NCBI GenBank assembly: GCA_030141605.1
Contig: JAQGDQ010001064.1
Span: forward strand, 1,936-65,935
Direction of reading: 5' to 3'
DNA length: 64,000 nt
From: Tubiluchus corallicola
Lineage: Eukaryota; Animalia; Priapulida
Each line of letters opens with the position of its first letter. The stretch's first letter is position 1. Of this stretch, positions 27,174 to 41,289 are shown in pieces. The notes below the pieces were generated by a model, which was not told where the DNA came from, did not search any database, and saw only the letters and a list, made by a program, of their open reading frames with translations. The position numbers and the translations under genes were made by a program.

Positions 27174-27385
27174 CTGAAAAGAAAAAATGTTGTTTCGTTA
27201 AAAAATTGATAACTTTCAACTTGCTTATTAACTGTACACGACAAGTTCCCTACACGTGAGCAGTAGCCGAAATCTTTGCTTTAACACAGCAGACAACATT
27301 TTGACCAACGGCACGCCTGAATTACAGCCTGCATGGGACAAACAGACGAAATTTGAAGTTACCTTTTAGTCAAATGTGGTCAAAT

Positions 27386-27436
27386 TTATTCCTCCTCTTC
27401 AATTCTGGTGCGTCGTGTGGCGGTCATCTTCCTCTC
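27386..27436 (-). CDS. Mhc: myosin exon 18 ([16 protein letters not shown])
   Basis: acceptor ttcatttcAG; phase 0; acidic non-helical tailpiece; TAA 27388-86. Confidence 0.75.
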   Translation of the reverse strand, partial: ERKMTATRRTRIEEEE

Positions 27437-30400
27437 CTGAAATGAACAGTGAACAATGTACAATGAACAATGAAATGAACACACATACTGCTAATCAAAT
27501 TAGCAGAAATCGATTGAAAGAGATCATAGTTGTCTTATTTTCATTAAATTACGGTAGAACGTCATTACAAAGTACAGCAGTCACTGTGGGGGCGCGGGTT
27601 CGAATCTCACCAAAACCTGTGAAATAAAGGCTAATTTTATCTTGAGAAAATTACTTGATGGAGATGCACAGAGTTTTTCATGTCGAACTTGGTAAAAAAT
27701 TGAGAATGCGAATTTCCACTCAACGGCAGGCTTACTTATTATCTTGTTAAGTGAGGAGGGACTGGTACCTATCTAATTATCTTGGTTAATCATTAAGTAT
27801 GAGAAAATGAACTTAGCTACGTCTGTAAATCAATTTAAACAGTTAAACAAATTAAACGGCGAGGATTGATATCGTACGAAATGTTGCAGACCGAGTATTG
27901 AACCGAGGTAGTCACAAGCTATTCAGTGACCAGACTTGGCGATACTTAACTTCGGCTGCAAATTACACTCTCTGAATACTCGAATATTCACACAGCATCT
28001 GGAATGCTGTTCGAAGCTGTGCGTGAACATGCATGCATATATGTATATGTACGTGCACATTCACACATATACATACACACACAAGCATATGCATGTACAT
28101 GTACAAATACATATACATATACGAATATGTGCATGCACACATACACATACACACACATACATAAACATACACATGTACATGTATACATACAAATACGCAT
28201 ATGTACACATACACACATTCATACATATACATATACACATACATATAAATACATATACATATACGAATATGTGCATGCACACATACACATGTACATGTAT
28301 ATATACAAATACGTATATGTACACATACACACACTCATACATATACATATACACATACATATAAATACATATACATATACGAATATGTGCATGCACACAT
28401 ACACATGTACATGTATATATACAAATACGCATATGTACACATACACACACTCATACATATACATATACACATACATATAAATACATATACATATACGAAT
28501 ATGTGCATGCACACATACACATGTACATGTATATATACAAATACGCATATGTACACATACACACATTCATACATATACATATACGAATATGTGCATGCAC
28601 ACATACACATGTACATGTATATATACAAATACGCATATGTACACATACACACACTCATACATATACATATACACATACATATAAATACATATACATATAC
28701 GAATATGTGCATGCACACATACACATGTACATGTATATATACAAATACGTATATGTACACATACACACACTCATACATATACATATACACATACATATAA
28801 ATACATATACTCACATACAGCTATTCTACTTTAAAATCAACAACAAGATACCTCGTCATCTAAACACACATGACTTACAGTGATTTGGGTGACTCCACCA
28901 GCACGAGCCTGCGCACGCATCTTAGCAAATGCATTCTCCGCTTCTTCTGCGCGAGCTTCGGCTTCCTCGAGTTCGGCCTGCGTCTTGCGGAACTTTGCGA
29001 GGTTCATGTTGGCAACCTCTTCCGCCTCCTCGATCTGCCTCTTGTACAGTTTCGCCTTGCCGTTCAGCTTCTCGATCATGTCCTGGAAGTGGCCCTGGCT
29101 CTTCTTGTCGTCCTCCACCTGCATCATCAGTTCCTTGATGCGACGATCCGACTTGCGGTAGGTCTTCTGGAGTTCGCTGTGGCGTCGAGTTTCCGCCTCG
29201 AGTTCGCCTTCCAGTTCTCGAACGCGATGTTCCAGCTTGGCTATGAGCTTCTTGCCTCCCTTCATCATGTTGGCTTCCGCCTCATCCAGGCGGATCTGAA
29301 GATCCTTTATCTGTCCCTCAAGAGCCTTTCTGGACCTGTCCGTTGCAGCGGCGTGCTCCTGTTCCTGACGAAGTTCCTCGGCCAAGCGGGCTGCATCTGC
29401 GACCGCAACTCTTGCCTTCTCGTCCGAGCCCTTCAGCTCGTTCAACGTCTCGTCAAGATCTGCTTGCATTGTGGTGAGGTCACCTTCAATCTTCCTCTTG
29501 GCAGAACCGATGGAAGCGACTTGAGCCTGGAGATCGGAAATTCGGTCGTTCGTGTCGTTCAGCTCGGCTTCGGTGGCGCGGCGGTTGCGCTCGGCTTGTT
29601 CCAACGCGGTGCGAGTTTCCTCCAGCTCGGATGAAATGGCGTTACAGCGTCGTTCGCTGGAGCTGAACTGTTCGCGGACTTCCTCTCTTGCACGTTGCTC
29701 GTCTTCGAGCTGACTCTCCATGTCCTTGATCGCCGCTTGAAGTTTCTTCACGTTCTTCTGTGCATCGGCGTTCTGGCGGTTGGCACTGTCCAGGGCGACT
29801 TCAAGTTGATTGATGTCGGTTTCAAGCTTCCTCCTCATCTTCATCAGCTCAGCTTTGGACTTGGCTTCTCCTTCAAGACTGGCTTGCATCGAGTCAATGG
29901 CGCGCTGGTGATTTCTACGCGTGGTCTCGAATTCCTCGTCTTTTTCTGCAAGCCGTCTGTCGACCTCCTGACGGATCTGTTGCAGTTCTAGCTGGCCACG
30001 GACAACCTGGGCTTCTGTGTGTTCAAGAGCTGCTTCAGCTTCTTCAAGGGCAGCTTGCAGTTCCTCTTTCTCCTGTTCTGCTCTCCTGCGTGCCTTGTCA
30101 ACTTCGTGAACGTTCTTACCTCCCTCGCTTAGTTGGTCAGTCAGGTCTTTAATCTCCTCGGTCAAGTTCCTGTTCTCTCGTCGAAGACTTTCGATGGCAT
30201 CCTCTGCCTCCGTGGCTGAGCTTTTCGCCTTGAACAGTTCGGTGGAAATGTTGCGGCACTCGCGCTGGGATGCCTCCAGCTCCGCGGCAACGTCATCACA
30301 TTTCTGCTTCCACTCGGCGACGGTCTTGTCGAAGTTGCGCTGACGCTTTTCGGCAGCGTTGGCCATCGTCGTGGCTCGCTCGACCTCTATCGACATGTCG

Positions 30401-33400
30401 TCGAGAGAATTTTGCAACTTCTGCTTCGACTTTTCGAGATTTGAAACCTTTGCGAGAGCCGTTTCGGCTGCTTCCTCGGCCGCCATGAGCTTGGCTTGCA
30501 TTTTTCTCCTGAAAACAATCAAACATTGTTCATTGTTACACTGCTGGCATTGTTTATTGTTACACTGCTGGCATTGTTCATTGTTACGATGCAAATATTG
30601 TTCATTGTTACACAAATATTCCTTATTATCGGAACCACAGTTTCGTCACTGTTGGTGTCAAGCAATTTAATCTAGCATTCTATAATTATTTGTTTTCTTT
30701 TCGCATTTTTACAAACATGCATTTCCTGAAAGTGTTTAAAACGAAGCCAGCCTTAGTCATGTGACCTAAGCTTTAGTAGTATACGCCACCTATCAGTCAC
30801 ACTTGTTTTTACACGTAGTTACATTTTCTGTTGCCGCTATGCTGATCATGCCGTTTGGTGATACTTGCACTGCTTTGTCTATTTTGTTGCAATTTAACAG
30901 ACACTAGTTCTATTTTCAAGCCAAAGTTGTCACCAGTCTACTTTAATAATTAGTTTAAATAGATTAGAATTGCTTCAAATGTCTTCTTTATAATGCAATA
31001 ATTTGTGTTTCAGTCTTCTTAAATCTAATGTTTTATTTTGTCTAAATAGTAATAACCTTTAGCACGTTCGTAAGCACTTTTTGTGATCTGTTATTTTAAT
31101 AAATTGCAGGTCTATCGCACAGTTCAATACTGATTTTTACCGTTTCTTTGCCTGGACTGGGCGCATCCACACTAACTACTACTTTGTCATCATTGTCACA
31201 TCCAAAATCTTAGTTGTTGCGCATCCACAATTACTATCCTCATCGCCATCATTGTCACATTGTCAAAGACTTATAACCACAGAGATTAACACTAAAATCG
31301 GAGAATTCACTATGCCTGCCACGTGCGACCGCGTGACACGTTGCGCCATCCAACGGCTAGCGAGTAAAAAGTACGCATATCTATGACGTTGACAATAACA
31401 ATAACGCTGTCTTCAGCTTGCCGTAATATTGTTATCTATGGTTTACCCGCGCACCGTTGAACCGTTAGCGCCACCTATGCGTTTTTGTAGTAAGTGAACA
31501 CTCCGTATATAGTGCTGAGCTCTGTGCTTGTGCTTATGAATGATCCTATGATCATTCTATGATCATCACTGTCATAGTCGTCAATACACTCGTTATCATT
31601 ATCATCGTTGTCGTCGCCATTATGGCATTCCACCGTGACTTTCCGTGTTACTGATACAAATACCCTAGATATTGTTCTCCATATTAAGCGCATTTTAAAG
31701 CTCTATCAAGCATGTTATTAAATAATAACTAATTAAAGTTCTTTGCTCATGTGTTAAATCCAAATTTGTCAATCCAAATGTTAATGTGTGTTAATCTAGT
31801 TCGTTGCTCATTGGCTGTGTTAAGTTACATGTGTAGGTATTCTAGGCAAAAACCGTGTTATAGCACACTTGAACCACTTACTTATGGTTATAGACCTGTT
31901 CACATACTAGCATGTGTGATTGAAAGCTTCACGGTTGAATGATGTTAATGAAATGTTGTATTCACATCAAAATATTTATGTTGCATTAAGTTGTGTTGTG
32001 TTGTTTTGTTGTGTTGTGTTGTGTTACATTACGTTACGTTACGTTACGTTACGTTATGTTGTGTTGCGTTACGTTACACTTCACGTCACGTCACGCTATG
32101 CTACGTTACGTTACGTTATGTTATGTTATGTTGTGTTATGTTACGTTGCATTATGTTACGTTATGTAATGTTGCATTGCTTTATGTTGCATTGCTTTATA
32201 CATATATACATATATACTAACGTTAATAACTTTACTTACATGTAATACAACATTATATATGAGTGTCACATCAATTAAGAATTTGGAAGCATTTAATATT
32301 TCTCAAGTTTAGACAAGTTTTTCAAACTTACTTGACTTCATCCACTTCCGGTCCTCCTCCACCAAGACCTTCACTGTCCACACGAGCACGGAGGTTATTG
32401 AAGTCATTGTTGACCTTGGCAAATTGTCTCTGCAAGACCGCCTTGGCTTCCGACTCCTCCTCGATCTGCTCCCGCGCGGACTCCAGGTCGTGCAGGGCGT
32501 TGCGCAGCTGACCCTGAAGATTTGACCTCTGACGGCCCTCGTCCTCCGCCGTCTGTCTGGTCTCCTCGAGTTGGGCTTGCAGCTGAGATTTGATCTTGTT
32601 CATCTGGTTCAGTTTGGATTCGGCTTCCTCCAGCTGCCGCATGAGGTCGTTGTTCTCTGACGTCATGCGGGCTTTGGCTGCATTGAGGTCGTTGATTGTC
32701 CGCGCTGCTTCGTCCAGTTTTGCATTGGCTTCGGCCAGTTGACCTTCCAATGCTTTAGCCACCTTCTCGCTCTGACTCTGTAAACAAAATCAAAATAACA
32801 TTACAGATACCAGCGATTGATGACGATCATGAAAAGGTCAAAGGTCAAGTGTACCAGACAACGCATTTGTGTACACTTGACAACGCCTCGCAGCCCATGC
32901 TATTGTTATACTAACAGTTTTAACACCTTGCTGGAACGTTACCTAGTTCATTTTTTCTTATTCTCAAGCAAGATTCTGCATAATGCATAATTAAGTAAAG
33001 TCAACATGAAACAACTGAATTTTCTGAACCGATGTGTCAGACGGCTTTGCTTTTCCCACGCCCTTTACCTACGTTACGTTAGGTTACGTTATGTTATACA
33101 TGTTTTATTGATATGTTATCATGTTTTTCCTGTTAGTCAAGGAACTGATGCATCAAACGACTTTGCTTTACCTACACGCTTTGCCTACATTACGTTAGGT
33201 TACGGTATGTTATACATGTTTCATTGATATGTTATCATGTTTTTCCTGTAAGTCAAGGAACCGATGCATCAAACGACTTTGCTTTACCCACACCCTACCT
33301 ACGTTACGTTAGGTTACGTTATGTTATACATGTTCTATTGATATATTATCATGCCTTTTCCTGTAAGTCAAGGAACTATCCTAAGCAGGACGTATGTGTG

Positions 33401-35340
33401 CAGTGCTTGATTTGATTGAATCAGTCATATAATTTCTGCCTCAGCTTCCAAAATCTGTGGTTCAAGTACGTAAGCGTTTCATCTTTTGAGACATTTTTTC
33501 ATGTACTTCGTGATGTCAATAAAATGGCCCCATTTAACGTGCAGAAAGTATATAATAATAATAATAATAAAAACTAAAGTTTGCAAGTGATTGCGCAATG
33601 AAACTGACTAACTCTTCACAGATTAGCCAATCACGATTTAGAATTCCTAGAAACGACAGCTTCCCTTTCCAAAAACAACACTTTTGGCATTTTTAGAATA
33701 GTTTCTCTCTATTTCTGAACAGCACTTTTGTGAGTGTTGAACAAAAGAATTTTATGAGGTCACTGAGATGTCAAAGGTCATTGTGAAGTACTGAATAGTC
33801 CCTCTCTATTTGTGACTGTTGAACAAAAGAATGTTATGAGGTCAATGAGATGTCAAAGGTCGTTGTGAAGTACTGAATAGACCCTCTCTATTTGTGAGTG
33901 TTGAACAAAATAATTTTATGAGGTCACTGAGATGTCAAAGGTCATTGTGAAGTACTGAATAGACCCTCTCTATTTATGAATGTTGAACAAAAGAATTTTA
34001 TAAGGTCAATGAGATGTCAAAGGTCATTGTGAAGTACTGAATAGTCCCTCTCTATTCGTGAGTGTTGAACAAAAGAATTTTAAGAGGTTACTTGGATGTC
34101 AACGGTCATTGTGAAGTACTGACCTTTGCCCTGCTGACATGCTCAACATTCGACTTCATATCGTCCAGTTCCACCTTCATCTGGGCCTTTTCTTTCTCAA
34201 TCCTAAAATGTGCAAAATAGAATTGCATAAAATTATTAATATTGCTAACGATATAAGTTTGCATGGAAAGTTCCTTGAGACATACTTTCAAGTTTCCTAT
34301 TCTTTTCCTTTAAACTGCAACATAATTAATTGTCTTTTCCTTTAAACTGCAACATAATTAATTGTCTTTTCCTTTAAATTGCAACATAATTAATTGTCTT
34401 TTCCTTTAAACTGCAACATAATTAATTGTCTTTTCCTTTAAATTGCAAGATAATTAATTGTCTTTTCCTTTAAACTGCAACATAATTAATTGTCTTTTCC
34501 TTTAAACTGCAACATAATTAATTGTCTTTTCCTTTAAACTGCAACATAATTAATTGTCTTTTCCTTTAAACTGCAACATAATTAATTGTCTTTTCCTTTA
34601 AACTGCAACATAATTAATTGCCTTTTCCTTTAAACTGCAACATAATTAATTGCCTTTTCCTTTAAATTGCAACATAATTAATTATTATTTCTTACTTTGC
34701 TTTGTGTTTCTGAAGCTGATCAATCTGCTCGCTCATCTCAGCTGTGATGTCATTCTGCTTCTTCCTCAGAGCGGAAATGGTGGACTCGTTCTGCAAGGCC
34801 TGCTCTTCAAGATCGCGCCTCATCTTGGCCACCTCCTGTTCGCGCTTCTTGTTCAACTCGATCTGCGCCGAGGTGGCGCCACCGGCTTCGTCCAAACGCT
34901 CGGACAACTCCTCCAGCTCTCGCGTCAAGTCTCCGCGCTGCTTTTCCACCTTGGACCTGGCCTGCCTCTCCGATTCCACTTCCTCTTCCACCTCCTCCAC
35001 GCGAGCTTGGAGCTCCTTGATCTTCTTCTGCAGCTGATGACCCGTTCCCTGTTCGTCTTCAACTCGACTGTTGAGGCTGTTGATGTCCTTCTCCTTCCTG
35101 CGAACGTTCTCCTCCAAGTCGTGTTTGACGCGCTCGAGCTCCTCGACCGACTCCTGCGTCATCTTCAAGTCTCCCTCCAGCTTCCGCTTGGCCTTCTCCA
35201 CGTCTCCCCGGATCTTCTTTTCTCGTTCAAGGTTGTCCTCGACCTCGTCCAGATTCTGTTCTAGTTTTGCCTTCAGTTTGTTCAGGTGGTTGACCTTGTC
35301 CTCTTCCTTTTGGAGGTCTTCGGATGTGCGCTAAAAACGT

Positions 35341-35437
<97 letters not shown>

Positions 35438-35571
35438 GTCAGTCAGTCAGTCAGTCAGTCAGTCAGTCAGTCAGTCAGTCAGTCAGTCAGTCAGTCAGTC
35501 AGTCAGTCAGTCAGTCAGTCAGTCAGTCAGTCAGTCAGTCAGTCAATCAACCAACCAACCAACCAACCAAC

Positions 35572-35633
<62 letters not shown>

Positions 35634-35792
35634 GTCAGTCAGTCAGTCAGTCAGTCAGTCAGTCAGTCAGTCAGTCAGTCAGTCAGTCAGTCAGTCAGTC
35701 AGTCAGTCAGTCAGTCAGTCAGTCAGTCAGTCAGTCAGTCAGCCAGCCAGCCAGCCAGCCAGTCAGTCAGTCAGTCAGTCAGTCAGTCAGTC

Positions 35793-35826
<34 letters not shown>

Positions 35827-38800
35827 AACAGTTAACAGTTTAACAAGAAAACCCTCCACCTACAACAAAAAGCTTAAAAATTCGCTCCTAAAAATTTTAT
35901 GCCTCTTACTTAAAGCCGTTTTGCATGCAGGACTTGCGTCGGCAGTAACGCTGTATAAAACTTGTAAATTTAGACTTCAGCGATGACCGTCAGGCGCAGC
36001 CATTTTGACGACAGGCCATTTGAAACAAGTTTTAGTAACATTGAGTAAAGTTTGAAAAAATAATCAGAGCATTTGTAGAAATTTACTGCATCTTGTCAAT
36101 AAGTTTAAAAATACATTTTTTTCTTTGGTGAACCCTGGAGGGTGAGTCAATTACATTTTACCAATTCATGAAAACCTTTTAAACACTTAATAATTTTCTT
36201 TTCTAGTTACATAAGTCTTTCCAGCAGGTAAGCAAAACGCAAAGTAAGATAATTTTGCACGCAAAGTTTTTTGGGACATAATTTAACATTTCCTTTCCGT
36301 GCGCTTATTTACGTTGTGAGTGTATGATGTCATGTAATGACGTGGCCAGTACATAATTTAACATTTCCTTTTCGTGCGCTTATTTACGTTGTGGGTATAT
36401 GACGTCACGTAATGACGTGGTCAGTACATAATTTAACATTTCCTTTTCGTGCGCTTATTTACGTTGTGAGTGTGTGACGTCACGTAATGACGTGGTCAGT
36501 ACATAATTTAACATTTCCTTTTCGTGCGCTTATTTACGTTGTGAGTGTATGACGTCACGTAATGACGTGGTCAGTACATAATTTAACATTTCCTTTTCGT
36601 GCGCTTATTTACGTTGTGAGTGTATGACGTCACGTAATGACGTGGTCGATACATTATTGCAGGAGATTTAAAATGGAAACAAAACAAAAAATCCCTTTCA
36701 ATGCGATATATGCATAAAATTGCTGTAAAGTTTTATGAAGCCATTTACGTAAAATTGTACAACTAAATGAAGCCATTTACGTAAAATTGTACAACTAAAT
36801 GAAGCCATTTACGTAACATTGTACAACTAAATGAAGCCATTTACGTAAAATTGTACAACTAAATGAAGCCATTTGCATAAGATAATACTCACTGATTGGT
36901 TCTCCTCCACACTTTTCTTCTCCCTGTTGATTTTGGCGATCGTTTCATCTTGTCTGGCGATCTCGTCGTTCAGCTGCTTGATCTGGTGCTCTTTTGCCGC
37001 CTTCTCACTTTCCACTTTCTTCAAGTTGCGTTCGAGTTCTTCGATGTTCGACTTCAGATTTTCGCATTCCTGTTCCACCTTCCTCTTGGCATCTGACACT
37101 CCGGCGCTCGATTCCTCCTCCTCCGACAGACGGGACCGGATGTCCTCCAGCTGCTGTTCCAGTTCCTGCTTCTGGCTCATCAGTTTGGTGGCCCTCTCTT
37201 CAATGTCGGCAATAGTTTCCACCTCTCCCTGCATCTGCGAGTACAACTCGTTCTTCTCCTTGGTCAGTTTTGCAATGTCCACTTCGTACTGTTGGCGAAG
37301 TTTCGTCTCCTTTTCCAGCTCTTCCTTCATCTTATCCATCTCTTCTTGCAGCTTCTTGAGTTCGTCCTCTTGACGGGCAACGGACAGCAGCGGCTTGACC
37401 TTCGTGTACAGCTTCCACCACGGCCAGTTGCGGCACTGGAGGTACTTCCTGGTGTTGCGCTGGATGACCTTCATGGCAAGACGCTGAGCCTTGAGGACTT
37501 CAAACTGTTCTCTCATCTGCTTACCACGAATCCATGCCTGGGCCAGCGTGACGATGCGTGTGATGCGTTCCTCTCTCTTCTCTTCCAGTTTGCCCAGTTG
37601 TCCGGCCTTGAAGAACACTTTGGTGTGCCCACAGCGGTACTGTTCGGTGTCCCATTCCAGGGCATTCAAGATGTTGCTGGTCACCTCTTTGCTCTCGCAG
37701 AATCCTTGGGGTACGGCATTCGGGGCCAAAATTTGGTACCTGTATAACATCAACATTTTCATTTTAAGCTTTGTGAATTAGCCAATAATCTAAGTGTACT
37801 TTTACTCGACTAAAATTTAGAGAAAAATCAAATATGTTATTGTGCTTTAATCTCATTTAGTAGGAAGTAATCTCTAAAGTTCACGATAAAAGGATTTAGG
37901 TACAAAGAATGAAAATAATGGTTTAGTGGAGGGTCGTATTAACCAACAGGGTAACTAGGCTATAGCCTAGAACTTTATAACACACCACAGGCAGTTGCTG
38001 AGAGCTGCTTTTATATGAGTGCCACATAACGAACAGGTGCAAGGCATTAAACAACGAAGGGGCAGAACCACGAATAAACTCAGATCATTTACCCTGTTTA
38101 TGTGATACTTTCATATTCATGTAAACTGTGCACTTTATAACACATCACAGGCAGTTGCTGAGAGCTGCTTTTATATGAGTGCCACATAACGAACAGGTGC
38201 AAGGCATTACACAACGAAGGGGCAGAACCACGAATAAAACTCAGATCATTTACCCTGTTTACACTAGGCAGAAAATACACCCTGCTTTGGACTTTTTAGA
38301 GCCCGATGTTCTGTAATCACAGCCACACATTCATAGAGAGACTAACTCCTAACATTAATTTGTTTGCTTAAAATTACAATTACAATTTACAACATTAAAA
38401 TCACGTAGGTTCGTTACGTTTTACACAGTATTAACACAATGGCAAAAAAATTTCTGAAGGAGCACCCACAATAATTTTAGCTACGAGCCGCCACTATACT
38501 TAAGGATGAACTGTGTGAGCGACAGTATTTTTTCTACCTGGACTCAGACATAATCGCATGGCACATGCGCGAAACACCTCATTGCTGGAGCTGTGAAGCA
38601 AACAGTACTACCCTCACGTGCTCTGGTTCCGTACAAGTATAAAGTAAGAACTAAAGAAAAATGATTTATATTGAACATTATCGATAATATTGAGTGAAAA
38701 TAGGGGGTCATTTGATGGTCTAAACCAAGCAAACTGACCTCTGCTTGAAGTCACCATAGACGACCCTATTGGGGTATGGTCTAAACCTAGTAAACTGACC

Positions 38801-40205
38801 TCTGCTTGAAGTCACCATAGACGACCCTATTGGGGAATGGTCTAAACCTAGTAAACTGACCTCTGCTTGAAGTCACCATAGACGACCCTATTGGGGAATG
38901 GTCTAAACCTAGTAAACTGACCGCTGCTTGAAGTCACCATAGACGACCCTATTGGGGAATGGTCAAAACCTAGTAAACTGACCTCTGCTTGAAGTCACCA
39001 TAGACGACCCTATTGGGGAGTGGTCTAAACCTAGTAAACTGACCTCTGCTTGAAGTCACCATAGACTACCCTATTGGGGAATGGTCTAAACCTAGTAAAC
39101 TGACCTCTGCTTGAAGTCACCATAGACGACCCTATTGGGGAATGGTCTAAACCTAGTAAACTGACCTCTGCTTGAAGTCACCATAGACGACCCTATTGGG
39201 GAATGGTCTAAACCTAGTAAACTGACCTCTGCTTGAAGTCACCATAGACGACCCTATTTGGTAATGGTCTAAACCTAGTAAACTGACCTCTGCTTGAAGT
39301 CACCATAGACGACCCTATTGGGGAATGGTCTAAACCTAGTAAACTGACCTCTGCTTGAAGTCTGTATAGACGACCCTATTAGGGAATGGTCTAAACCTAG
39401 TAAACTGACCTCTGCTTGAGGTCACCATAGACGACCCTATTGGGGAATGGTCTAAACCTAGTAAACTGACCTCTGCTTGAAGTCACCATAGACGACCCTA
39501 TTGGGGAATGGTCTAAACCTAGTAAACTGACCTCTGCTTGAAGTCACCATAGACGACCTTATTGGGGAATGGTCTAAACCTAGTAAACTGACCGCTGCTT
39601 GAAGTCACCATAGACGACCCTATTGGGGAATGGTCTAAACCTAGTAAACTGACCTCTGCTTGAAGTCACCATAGACGACCCTATTGGGGAATGGTCAAAA
39701 CCTAGTAAACTGACCTCTGCTTGAAGTCACCATAGACGACCTTATTGGGAAATGGTCAAAACCTAGTAAACTGACCTCTGCTTGAAGTCACCATAGACGA
39801 CCCTATTAGGGAAGCCCTTGCGACAGATACGGATGCCTTCCAGCACACCGTTGCACGTCAGCTGATTCATGACCAGTTCAGAGTCGATGGCACCTCCTTC
39901 CTTGTTCTCGTTAGGGATGATGCAGCGCACGAAGTGAGGATGGGTGTTCTTTAGGGTTGTCATCAGCCTGCTCAATTGTTCCTGTAATAATTAATGAAAA
40001 CTTGTAAAATTAAACAAACCTTGAGGCAGTAGATCAGCTGGGGAGACTGTTATGCAAATCGTGTTTAATGTAGCAATTGCTATAGTTTAGTGACTATGAC
40101 AATGACTATGACTATGATTACGACTATGACTATGACTATGACTATGACTATGACTATAAATTCATTTTCACACATCAAAAATACATTATCATACGCAATT
40201 ATTAC

Positions 40206-40295
<90 letters not shown>

Positions 40296-40333
40296 CATCA
40301 TCATCATCATCGTCGTCGTCGTCGTCGTCGTCG

Positions 40334-40398
<65 letters not shown>

Positions 40399-40411
40399 GT
40401 CGTCGTCGTCG

Positions 40412-40481
<70 letters not shown>

Positions 40482-41226
40482 TATTATTACTTATTTTCAG
40501 GTAGTTGCACTATCACATTAACTCTAGGTACTACCTTTCTTGTCCTTTAAGTACTTATTTTCAGGTAGTTGCACTATCACATTAACTCTAAGTACTCCTT
40601 TTCTTGTCCTTTAAGTACTTATTTTCAGGTAGTTGCACTATCACATTAACTCTAGGTACTACCTTTCTTGTCCTTTAAGTACTTATTTTCAGGTAGTTGC
40701 ACTATCACATTAACTTTAGGTACTCCTTTTCTTGTCCTTTAAGTACTTATTTTCAAATACTTGCATTATCACATTAAAGTACAAAGTTTAATATGCAGCT
40801 TATATGTCAAATCCTTTGACGGATTTTCTTGTCCTTTAAGGACATCCTTCTTTCTACCTTTGCTGATAAGTACAAACCGCTAAAGACGGAAGTTAACAAA
40901 TACTTCACGACAAATGTACGCATATTCCCGCCATTTTACTGCTGACCATTACATAGGATGGACGTTGGCCTCTCTCTCTCCCCGTCTGTCCCTCTCTTCT
41001 CGTCGCTTTCTCTCTCTCTCTTTCTTTCTCCCTCTCCCTCTTTCTCCTCTCGTCTCCTCTTTTTCTCCGCTCTCTCTCTCTCTCTATCTCTCGCTCTCTC
41101 TGTCTTCCTCTCTCTCTCTCTCTCTTTCTCTTTTTCTCTCTCTCCTCTCTTCCGCTCTCTCTCTCCCTCTCTTTCTCTCTCTGTCTCTCTCTTTCTCTCT
41201 TTCTCTTTCTGTGTCTCTCCTCTCTT

Positions 41227-41289
<63 letters not shown>

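Noticed and set aside
26470-27960. tRNA genes (B-box-like ggttcgaatc / gagttcaaatcc; also ~43250, ~59985, ~60875)
   Set aside because: No complete cloverleaf can be formed; probably decayed tRNA-SINE heads
28870-35334. long + strand ORFs opposite myosin exons (and 18662-19285 opposite GPCR-3)
   Set aside because: Antisense shadows of GC3-rich coding sequence
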